Below, piece after piece: positions 25,166-36,395 of a stretch of DNA of 64,000 nt. Each line of letters begins with the position of its first letter. Positions within the stretch are counted from its first letter, which is position 1. Both the position numbers and the translations under genes were made by a program. This DNA is from Amphiscolops sp. MND2022 (taxonomy: Eukaryota), in NCBI GenBank assembly GCA_964187785.1, contig OZ076420.1, positions 36,208,001 to 36,272,000 on the forward strand. The letters run 5' to 3'. The notes under the pieces were generated by a model. That model had not been told where the DNA came from, made no database searches, and saw only the letters and a list, made by a program, of their open reading frames with translations.

Positions 25166-26170
25166 ATGGCTACGGGTACTTCCAAGATGTTATTACCGGG
25201 CTTTTCACTGGTTCCAATGACATTGAAAGCTACATAACTCATTTCGAGCTGTTGGCCCATCTCCAAAAATGGAAACGAACAGAGCGGCGGAACGGAAACG
25301 AAGTTGAAATAGATGAACGGCCGCACTATTTTGCACTTCGGCTCCAAAAACCAGCAATTGATTTCTACCGTACGTTAACAGACGCCCAAAAAGGTAGCTA
25401 TGATGAAACTGTGAATGGTTGCAGAACTCATTACACTGAGAAACCTGTGGTGTTCCGGGGACGGCTAGCAAGACGAATACAGCACCCCAGAGAAAAACTA
25501 ACTGATTTTTTGGGGGATTTGCAAGGTTTAGCTATGAAAGCGTACCCAGGGGAGTCGAATGAGATACGGGACCACCTAGTTGTGCGTGGTTTTTTGGAAG
25601 GGATCCACAACAGGCAAGTTAGACTTGATTTGAGAAAAAGCCTAGTTGACGCGGAACTAACAATTGAGCGGGTACTAGAGAAAGCGCTGCATCTTGAAGC
25701 TGTCACGAGAATTGAGGAAAAGGAAAAGGAGCCCAGAGTTGCTGTGCTACAACCTGACAACACAGAGAGACTTATTAGTTCTGTGAATCAACTTGTTGGG
25801 TCTTTGTCACTCTCGCGGGATTCGCGAAATGACAATCGCAAACGAAATTCAGAGAGAAAGAATTTCTGAAGGAGTAGCTCCAGGGATAGTTATGCCAGCA
25901 GAGGTATTGGGGATCGGGGAAGAAAGGGAAGAGGTAGAGAGACGAATAGAATCCCAAGATTCAGGACCACAACTCCAGGAAGATCCCCGGGGTTTACAGG
26001 GAAGATCTCATTCACGAGAGAGGTTTCCAGAGACTGATCGTGAAATGGGATCCCGAGAGGGAAGTTGTAGTATCTGCGGGCATAATGGACACTTGGCGAG
26101 AGATTGCAAAAACGGTTTCAAGTGTGGTAGTTCACAGCATTTCAAAAAAGATTGTCCGTTTTTAAACTAA
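25166..26170 (+). pseudogene. gag: gag, copy 1 (two CCHC knuckles, frameshifted)
   Basis: Capsid-like RRIQHPREKLTDFLGDL. Knuckles CSICGHNGHLARDC and (F)KCGSSQHFKKDC. Ends TTT TTA AAC TAA (slippery site at 26161-67). Confidence 0.88.
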
Positions 26171-28803
26171 GACAGGCTAATCTGGAAGTGGCCCCACATT
26201 TGCCTAACTGTAACATGGCCATAATGGGAGTAACAACCAACGAGAACACAGAGAAAACTCAAGCTTTGTATATGACATTCCTCATTTAAGGTAAAATGAC
26301 GAAGGCACTAGTAGACAGTGGAAGTAGCGTCTCATTAATCAGTTGGTCTTTCCTAAACACACTGGGTTTCAGTGGAAAAATGGAAAACTACAATGGGAAA
26401 GTTTTAACAGCAAATAAAACACAGGTAACAGTGAAAGGAAAAGCAGAGCTGATTGTGCAGTTAGAAAAGTTTTCACCCGAGCTTCAGGTTGGTTTACTGA
26501 TATCTTCGGTGGACATTTTGATTGCCTATTGGGACTGGATTTTCTCACAGAACTCGATTGTATTTTGTATATTAAACGTAAACATCTTTTCTGCGGTAAG
26601 ATTAATAAGACATTGGAATTGAAGTCCGGCATGCAAAACACGCGTACCATGTTTTTAATTGTCAGCTCAACACAAACTATACCTTCCAGAAGCGAAAAAC
26701 TGCTCGAATGTGAAGTACGGGACGAACAAGGAACACGTGTAAAAAGTTTCCAAGGATTAGCGAATCCTATAGAATCATACCAGACGGCAACAGGGTTATG
26801 GGTAGCACAGACACTGGTGAAAGACAATGAAGGGTATTGTTGGATACGACTTTTGAATATCCACGACGAGGATATTGTGACGTACAAAAATTCCCGGGTC
26901 GGGAATTTGGAAGAAACAGAGCTTGAGCAACAAGTGTTTTCACTTCAAGCAAATGAATCAGCTGGAACTTTCACTGAAAGTTTCAATTTTGAAAAACACT
27001 TAAACATTAACAGTGTTCATTTGACAAGATATCAACTGTACGCGGTAAAAAGACTCTGCCAAAAGTACGAGAAAATTATTTCGAAAAACTCGAAAGATCT
27101 AGGATTTAACACTCAAATAGAACATCAAATCAAGCTCAAACCAAACGCTCAGCCGTTTCGTAGAGCGTATGGAAATATGAGTTTTGACAAACGAAAAGTC
27201 ATGAAAAAAATTGTCGAAGGATTAGCGGAAGCTGATCTAAAAACACCAACCCATTCGAACTGGGCAGCACCCAGTATTTTGGTACCAAAGAAAGACGGAT
27301 CGTACCGTCTTGTAGTAGACTATCGTGGACTCAACAAACAAATAGAGGAGACATGTTGGCCGCTGTCTAGAATCAACGACGTGATTGATTCCCTTGAAAG
27401 GAACATGTTTTTCTCGAGCATTGACTTGACATCGGGATATTTTCAAATGGCTCTGAAAGAGGACAATCAGAATCTTACCGCCTTCATCACGCCTTTGGGC
27501 CTCTACAAATGGAAGCAGTTACCCATGGGACTCGCTTCTGCGCCAGGGGCTTTTCAAAACTTGATGGAGCTGAATTTCAGTGGGTTGTCATACGAAATAG
27601 CGCTTGCTTACCTAGATGATATGATCGTGTTTGATAAAAATTTTGAGGAGCACCTAGAAAGATTGGAGCTTGTTTTCGGAAGACTAGAGAAAAGTGGATT
27701 GAAAATCAAAGGATCAAAATGCAAAATTTTTCAAAAAAGAATATGTTTTTTGGGGCACGTCATCTCGGAAAAAGGAGTGGAAGTGGACCAAGAGAATGTG
27801 AAAGCAATAGAGAAAATGAAAGCACCCACCAATTTAAAGGAAGTGAGGGCAATCCTGGGATTAGTAGGGTTTTATACGAAGTTTATTCCGGGTTTCGGAA
27901 AAACTTCAGAACCCCTATATCACCTTTTGAAAAAAAAACAAAAAGTTCGTCTGGACGAACGAATGTGAAAGTGTTCTGAAAGAATTTAAAAACAAACTGT
28001 TGACCGCGCCTATACTGGGTTACCCCAACAACCGAGATGATTTTACGCTAACTACAGACGCCGCTTTGACAGGAATTGGTGCCATTTTGACACAGAGACA
28101 AAACGGGGTGGATAGAGTAATTGCATATGCCAGCAAAACGCTCAATAAAAGCCAAAGAAATTACTCAGCAACAAAAAGGGAACTTTTTTGTGGTTGTGCA
28201 TTTCACAAATCATTTCCGAACGTATCTGTTGGGGCGGAAATTTGTTATTGTAACCAACCATCAGGCCTTGGTTTGGTTGTACAGTTTCAAGGACCCTGAA
28301 GGCGTGATTGCATGGTGGTTGGAGAAATTGGGACAATTTGACTTCACAATAAAACACAGCGCAGGAAAAGACATCCCACATGCGGACTGTTTATCAAGAG
28401 TTCAACCTGAAGAAGAGGACACCGCAGCCGTTATCGCTGCATTAACATTTGAAAAAAAAACGTTCAAGAACAACCAAAGAACCCTTGGATGTTACTCCAG
28501 AACACGGACAGCAGAAAGTTTCAGAGGAAGCAACAAGAAGATACAAATCTGGCGAAAGTTTTCTCATGGCTCAAAGATAAACAGCGACCGGACAGAAGGA
28601 GCATATCCGGGGCGTCTAAAGAATTATGGAAGTATTGGGTCAATTTTGAGAATCTTTCTGTCATGGATGGAATTATATATCGGAAAAAAAGCTGGATATG
28701 TCAGGAACGGTTGTGCAGCAACTAGTTGTTGCTGAGTCGCAAATTACAAATATTTTACCATTACGGCACGCGTCTCCGTGTACGGGCCACCTGGGAATCG
28801 AGA
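26171..28803 (+). pseudogene. pol: pol, copy 1 (PR-RT-RH, truncated at the start of IN)
   Basis: ALVDSGS protease, RT (VVDYRGLN, LPMGL, YLDD), RNase H (LTTDAA, ADCLSR). Confidence 0.92.
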
Positions 28804-31452
28804 AATTAAACTACAATTGGTAACGCCACCAATTGTTGAGACCGGCTACAATCAGAAGTCACGAAGTAAGAGCAACAGAGCTATTGGATACGGTTGATTA
28901 AAACTATACCAGTACTTGAAGAAAACTATAGTTTAAAACAGATTCTCAACCTTTAGTTTGTTACAAATAGTTATTCAATGAGCATCACTGCTAAGATACG
29001 ACTATACAGTGCGAGTCGCGCAAAGTGAAAAAACAAACTGGTGAGGAAATAAAGAAAAACTATGAACAATATTGAATAAAAATTATATCTCGAAAAAGGA
29101 ATCAGTGGGTTTCATTGACCCCATAAAAAGCAGCTAGCTCTTGTTAGTTGGTCACTTTCTCGGAGCAAGTTGAAAACCAAAATTTTTTTTAAAAAAAGAA
29201 ACACAACAAATTAACTAAAGTGTCGGGTTGATAGCAGAACAATAGCTACGGGTACTTCCAAGATGTTATTACCGGGCTTTTCACTGGTTCCAATGACATT
29301 GAAAGCTACATATCTCATTTCGAGCTGTTGGCCCATCTCCAAAAATGGAAACGAACAGAGCAGCGGAACGGAAACGAAGTTGAAATAGATGAACGGCCGC
29401 ACTATTTTGCACTTCGGCTCCAAAAAGCAGCAATTGATTTCTACCGTACGTTAACAGACGCCCAAAAAGGTAGCTATGATGAAACTGTGAAGGGTTGCAG
29501 AACTCATTACACTGAGAAACCTGTGGTGTTCCGGGGACGGCTAGCAAGACGAATACAGCACCCCAGAGAAAAACTAACTGATTTTTTGGGGGATTTGCAA
29601 GGTTTAGCTATGAAAGCGTACCCAGGGGAGTCGAATGAGATACGGGACCACCTAGTTGTGCGTGGTTTTTTGGAAGGGATCCACAACAGGCAAGTTAGAC
29701 TTGATTTGAGAAAAAGCCTAGTTGACGCGGAACTAACAATTGAGCGGGTTCTAGAGAAAGCGCTGCATCTTGAAGCTGTCACGAGAATTGAGGAAAAGGA
29801 AAAGGAGCCCAGAGTTGCTGTGCTACAACCTGACAACACAGAGAGACTTATTAGTTCTGTGAATCAACTTGTTGGGTCTTTGTCACTCTCGCGGGATTCG
29901 CGAAATGACAATCGCAAACGAAATTCAGAGAGAAAGAATTTCTGAAGGAGTAGCTCCAGGGATAGTTATGCCAGCAGAGGTAATGGGGATCGGGGAAGAA
30001 AGGGAAGAGGTAGAGAGACGAATAGAATCCCAAGATTCAGGACCACATTTCCAGGAAGATCCCCGGGAATACAGGGAAGATCTCATTCACGAGAGAGGTT
30101 TCCAGAGACTGATCGTGAAATGGGATCCCGAGAGGGAAGTTGTAGTATCTGCGGGCATAATAGACACTTGGCGAGAGATTGCAAAAACGGTTTCAAGTGT
30201 GGTAGTTCACAGCATTTCAAAAAAGATTGTCCGTTTTTAAACTAAGACAGGCTAATCTGGAAGTGGCCCCACATTTGCCTAACTGTAACATGGCCATAAT
30301 GGGAGTAACAACCAACGAGAACACAGAGAAAACTCAAGCTTTGTATATAACATTCCTCATTTAAGGTAAAATGAAAATGTATTTAAGGTAAAAAAAAGAA
30401 TGTTTTTTGGGGCACGTCATCTCGGAAAAAGGAGTGGAAGTGGACCAAGAGAATGTGAAAGCAATAGAGAAAATGAAAACACACACCAATTTAAAGGAAG
30501 TGAGGGCAATCCTGGGATTAGTAGGGTTTTATACGAAGTTTATTCCGGGTTTCGGAAAAACTTCAGAACCCCTATATCACCCTTTGAAAAAAAAAAACAA
30601 AAAGTTCGTCTGGACAAACGAATGTGAAAGTGCTCTGAAAGGATTAAAAAACAAACTGTTGTCCGCGCCTATACTGGGTTACCCCAACAACCGAGATGAT
30701 TTTACGCTAACTACAGACGCCTCTTTGACAGGAATTGGTGCCATTTTGACACAGAGTCAAAACGGGGTGGATAGAGTAATTGCATATGCCAGCAAAACGC
30801 TCAATAAAAGCCAAAGAAATTACTCAGCAACAAAAAGGGAACTTTTTGTGGTTGTGCATTTCACAAATCATTTCCGAACGTATCTGTTGGGGCGGAAATT
30901 TGTTATTGTAACCAACCATCAGGCCTTGGTTTGGTTGTACAGTTTCAAGGACCCTGAAGGCGTGATTGCATGGTGGTTGGAGAAATTGGGACAATTTGTC
31001 TTCACAATAAAACACAGCGCAGGAAAAGACATCCCACATGCGGACTGTTTATCAAGAGTTCAACCTGAAGAAGAGGACACCGCAGCCTTTATCGCTGCAT
31101 TAACATTTGAAAAAAAAACGTTCAAGAACAACCAAAGAACCCTTGGATGTTACTCCAGAACACGGACAGCAGAAATTTTCAGGGGAAGCAACAAGAAGAT
31201 ACAAATCTGGCGAAAGTTTTCTCATGGCTCAAAGATAAACAGCGACCGGACAGAAGGAGCACATTCGGGGCGTCTAAAGAATTATGGAAGTATTGGGTCG
31301 ATTTTGAGAATCTTTCTGACATGGATGGAATTATATATCGGAAAAAACGCTGGATATGTCAGGAACGGTTGTGCAGCAACTAGTTGTTGCTGAGTCGCAA
31401 ATTACAAATATTTTACCATTACGGCACGCGTCTCCGTGTACGGGCCACCTGG
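28804..31452 (+). repeat. Internal direct duplication of leader-gag-RH with a PR/RT deletion
   Basis: 28804 onward repeats 24729 onward almost base for base. At about 30370 it jumps from the PR start to the RT end. Confidence 0.92.
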
Positions 31453-33442
31453 GAATCGAGAAAACCTATCACAGAGCGCAAGAACGATTTTTTTGGCCAG
31501 GCATGATAAGGGACGTGAGAGAATGGGTTAATAGTTGTGATAAATGTCTTAGAAGGAAAGGAACACCGCAAGAACATCGCCACAGTCTCACTACATGGCA
31601 GGCCAGTCACCCTTTCTGGCAAGTATCATTGGACGTCATAGGACCTCTCTCTGACTCTCAAGGTTGTAGATACATTCTCTTAATAGGAGATCAATTTAGT
31701 AAATGGTATGAGGCCGTGGGAATGTCGAATCAGGAAGCCAAAACGGTTGCCGGCGCTCTAGTTAACAAGCCGGGAACGGCCCAAGTCGGCGCCATATCTA
31801 AGGCTCAAAAATAGCAAAAGGACTTCACAGTGTCAAGTATTCTCTTCTACAGTACCCGCGTGAGGAAAAATTTAAAAAAATCCGATTTTTTTTGAATTTT
31901 TTAAAAATTTTTTTGGTCTCCCGTAAGTCGCATAGTGCCGAAACATGTAAAATGGGGCCCTTTGGAAGTTTTTTAACATCCATTCTTTTGCTAAATAGAC
32001 AAAAAAATGAAGGGTGGACCCTTTGGAGATATTTGCGAAAAAAGTCTCACAAAGCCGAAAACAATTTGCACAAAAAACTTTGATCAAGGACGGGACTCGA
32101 ACCCACGTCCTTCTGCTTGGCAGACCTCAAAAAGCCTAATTAAGCTCTACGCCAAGTGCCGCAGTGATAGCTAGCGTTGCGGTTACTGTTAGTGCAGTTA
32201 CTGTAAGTCAGCTCAGCTATTTATAACTCTTTATAAAATCTGTCAGTTCGTTGGTCTTAAAAAAAGTCACTACTATAGTCTGCGTTTTTCTTCGAAAAGC
32301 GCCGAATAAAAATGGATCACACGTTTTGGGTGCCATGTCAATCTTCATAGTGATAAAGGAAGGAACTTCATGTCAGAATTGTTTCGGGAACTTTGTCGTA
32401 TTTTGGGTATCCAAAGAACGTCAACAACATCGTTTCATCCGGATGGAAATGCAATGATTGAGCGAACCAACAGGACATTTGAGGAGAGCATTTCTAAATA
32501 TGTGAGTGAACATCAGCATGACTAGAAAAACTACCTGCAATTGGTAATGATGGCCTACAGTTCCTCGGTACGCACAGTTACGAAATATAGTCCTGCATAC
32601 GTCATTTTTGGGACACCACTAAAACTGCCAATTGATTGTATGTACGAGACGCGTCATACAGAGTCAAATCTAACACCTAGTGATTTCATATTTAAAACAA
32701 GGCGTGAGCTACAGAAAGCACATCATCAGATCAGGATTCATATGTAAGTAGAACAAACTAGACAGAAAACCTACTACGATTACCGCGCATACGGGATCAC
32801 GTACAAAGAGGTACAGCAAGTTCTGGTCTTTTTCCCAACAGTAAAAAAGGGAGAAACAAAAAAGTTCACATCTTTCTACAAAGGACCTTACCTAATTGTC
32901 GAAATTATTAACGACCTTAACTTTCGGTCACGATGAGACAAAGAAAATTATTAAGGTGCATTACGATAGATTGAAACAATATAGGTGTAGGGAGCGAACA
33001 TCTGTCAAAAGTAACGAAACTAGCAGACAAAGTGAGTTGTATGAAAAATCATTCATGGAAGAAGTTGACGACGACTTCATTGAAGTTGAAGTCGAGCAAA
33101 CAAACGAACCGAAAAGGGCGGAACAGAGAGAAAACTTTCAGAATGAAAACCCTGAGACAGCTCATCCACACAATGATGCCAAAACCGTGGAAGAAGATCC
33201 TAACGAGCGACCGTGTAGCGAGTCTTCAAAGAAAGACGGAAGTAGCAGTCAAAGAGATAACTTCTTAACCGAAACAATTAAACAAAAAATCAAAACAAGA
33301 AAAAACAAAAAACATGCCACCACCTAGAGAAATGAGCACGCGTATCCGATCCGTACCGAAACGCTTTGCTGACTACTTTGTGTATAAGCCCGATGACGAC
33401 AATTTCGATACAGATGACATTTTTATTTCAGGAATTAAGTGA
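30407..33442 (+). pseudogene. pol: pol, copy 2 (RH, integrase, C-terminal extension)
   Basis: H..GH..C..C zinc-binding motif, VSLDVIGP, LHSDKG and IERTNRT (DDE), GPY. Split by the HINE insertion. Ends STRIRSVPKRFADY..TGA at 33440-42. Confidence 0.9.
31765..32308 (-). mobile_element. Helentron-associated non-autonomous element (HINE/DINE-1-like) with a tRNA-like core, inserted in integrase
   Basis: Splits ALVN(K)WITRFG. Subterminal inverted repeat TCGGCGC, terminal hairpin GCCG-GGAA-CGGC, A-run target without a TSD. B-box GGTTCGAGTCC on the minus strand near 32095. Confidence 0.75.
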
Positions 33443-33448
33443 AGCACA

Positions 33449-35431
33449 ATGGGAAGAGGAAACAAACCTAACAAAGAGGGTAAACAGGTACTAGTGTTCT
33501 GCGCGTTCATGGCAACCTGTTGGAATATCACAATGTGCGAAGAAATAAGAACAGTGGGATATGACTTCGAGCAAATTGTGACAACATCAGTGTTTTCTCT
33601 TTCTGAACAAGAAGCTGGATGTGCTCGAGAGTCGAGAACAAGAAAGAAAGTAACGAAGGTTACGATTATTTTTCATGAAAGCAATGAAATAGAGTTTAGG
33701 TTTTGTCACTATCAAGCGTCATATACAGTACAACACATAAAGAAATCCAATGTTTACGATGACGGATTATACTTACACCAAGAATCGAAAATTCTACTTA
33801 CGTTTTACATCTTGTCGATAGAAACGTGTCAGTCTATATGGACTGGAGAGGGTTTCAAGATACCGGGTTTCGGTAACCAAGAATTCAAACTTAGCACTGC
33901 TGAATTAAACAAGGTGACAAGTGACAGGACAGAAAACACGGAAACGTTTGACGACTCAGCAGTAATTATGAAAGGAAAAGGGCGTGGAAGTGGCTATGCA
34001 TATCCTGTAGAGCGGACCACACCTCTTGGAGAAACAATCGTTGGTTCTGTTATGATCAACGCGCGTCTAGCAATAGGCAAAGTTTACGCTAGAAAAAAAT
34101 GCACGTGGACGAGATTCTATTCACTTGGAAAGTCCCCGTCGGTAATGAACAATCACGGATTGAAATTGAGGAGGACTTTGAACATGATTTTGTAGTTTAC
34201 CTTACCAAAAATGAAACGGATTGTAAATGGTCAAAACTGGTTACCATAGTGGAGGAGAAGGAAGTAGTCGAATTCCGTGGGCTGAAGAGTACTTTATTGG
34301 CGGGTTTCATTAACACTGACAAACAGAAACAATTCGCACTTGAAATGGAAAATTCGCCCACTATAAAATGCAACAAAACCGTGCATCCTACAATAATACA
34401 AAACGTTTACGTCATACTTGACAACTGGGATTTGGATTTTCATGAAGTCAAGTCGGTCGATGCTTCTATGCTTTTCCAAAGTCGATTGGAAATAGTATAT
34501 GCGCGCGGAGTACAAGAGACGGAGGATCTTTGGGTAGAAATAGACGTTTAGAATTGCAAGATGGACCATCTCATGGAGCAATTGAAATTGTCACTCATTG
34601 AGTATGGTGTTAGGAGTCGGAGGTGTAGGGGTGCATGTGGAGCGAGCAGGCGGAGTTGTTCACCTGCATCGATGCGCAAAAATGGAAGTAATGGTGATCG
34701 AAAACACCTTTTGCACTGAAGAGGTACCAGTACGCCTAGGTGGAGGCGGAAACTCTGTAATAAGATACATGCATCCGAGTACACGAGTTTTCTATACTAA
34801 CTACACAGTGACTGAATGCAACCCTATTTATCCCAATTTACTGAAGTTGGCAAACGGTACGTGAATAACATACGGGAAAAGAATAGAAAGAGCCAGACTG
34901 GAACCAACACCATTTTTTGATGATACTAGACATGAAATGAGACCCCACGAGTTCGTACGGCTCAAAGAAAACGGACGTTTCACGATGGAGGATCTGTGGA
35001 GGAGTAGCAGAGCAAGGGCCTTGAGAAACAGTCGAACTACAGTCACAGGACGGGAAATTTACTTAGGTCCACGAGGAGAATACGGCAATGCAGAATACTT
35101 TCATCTGAATTTGCCAAGTAGACAGCTGGGTTTCAGCTGGAGCGTTCTCAAGTGTTTTGAGAACGCAAAAAGAGAAACGTTATTTGTATGGTGGATAGCG
35201 AGAGAAATCGCGCTATCTATGTTGACTTTGATGCTTTTCGGTACGCTTTTCAGATTTTTATACAAATTGTTTTTTATGATACAACTTAAGAAGCTAGGAA
35301 CAACCACCAGGTTCGCTTTAAGACCTTTCAACCCGTTTTACGAGTATAATAAGTACCTTGCTGAAGTCAAGAGTCTTAAGGGAGTGCATGCTGAAGAAGA
35401 GCAATCAAATATAGATGAAAACGCAGTGTAA
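33449..35431 (+). pseudogene. env: env-like class III fusion glycoprotein (chuvirus G / herpes gB-like), about 660 codons, disrupted
   Basis: Signal-like VLVFCAFMATCW followed by TVGYDF..SVFSL....GC. GGVVHLHRCAKMEV..FCTEEVPV..YMHPSTRV..C motif. C-terminal TM segment. Several stops and frameshifts. Confidence 0.75.
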
Positions 35432-35470
35432 ATTAGCAGCGTATAAATTTTCCAAATTAAAATTGAAAAC

Positions 35471-36193
35471 ATGCTGGTTGAAGTTTTTTTGGTCAGAGAT
35501 GGACGGAGTACGAGTACATGAAAATGTCTACACCTTCCTGAACTGTATCAAATTGAAACGGAGGTATCTACAGGACTTTAGAGAGTGCAGAGATGTATTT
35601 CCGGGCATCGGAAAGTTGCCACCGAAGACACGCTCGCTGCCGCTAACATCAAAAACAGGGCAGATGTTACTAATCCACAACTGATCGGGCATCGACAGGA
35701 ACTGGATATGGCGAAAGTAAAAATTGACTCGTTGGAGGAACAACTCCAGTCCGGGGAGAAGCATATCAACGGGGAGCGAGAAGAGCAGCGGAGGAAAATT
35801 CTCGAACTTGAGTTCGACAACAGAGTGCAGCGAGAAAAAATACGAAGGCTGGGGGGAAATCTCGAGCGCCAAAAGATACTTGTGAAAAGTGAGAGAAACA
35901 AAGCCAGAGTAACGGAAAAATTTATTAGGGAGCTGAAACAAAAAAACTTCATCCAACGTACGTTCACACCGTATGAGATTCTTTTCGTAAAAGATGACGC
36001 AGACGTTGAGGATATCAAACGTTATTACAAAAAATTAGCTGCCTTAACTCATCCTGATGCTGGCGGATGTGAGGAACACTTCAAAACAATCCATAGGGCG
36101 TATCTTATTCTGAGTAACCAGAATGCAAGAAACATATACGACACGTTCGGGTTAGAGAGGGCAGAAGAAGAGTTAACCCGGAGAGCTAATTGA
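35471..36193 (+). pseudogene. J-domain protein 1 (N-domain, coiled coil, C-terminal J-domain)
   Basis: TPYEILFV..DIKRYYKKLAALTHPDAGGCEEHFKTIHRAYLILS..RNIYD is a canonical four-helix J-domain with HPD. ATG 35471 is in frame with two premature stops. Confidence 0.88.
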
Positions 36194-36395
36194 AGTGACT
36201 AACTGAAATGAACTGTTATTTTTATAATTCTTTTCGTACTCTTGATTTTGAAAAAATAATGATAATCATAATAAAAAAACTGAGACACAAAGTTCGCTAG
36301 GTGGGAATCACCTAAAAAGGGGGTAATTAAAGTGTGTGCACTTTAAAAAAAAAAGAAACAAGGTGAGAGTCACCTATTGATTGAACCATTTGATA

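Noticed and set aside
32085-32161. Functional tRNA gene
   Set aside because: No complete cloverleaf or acceptor stem; it is embedded in a repeat.
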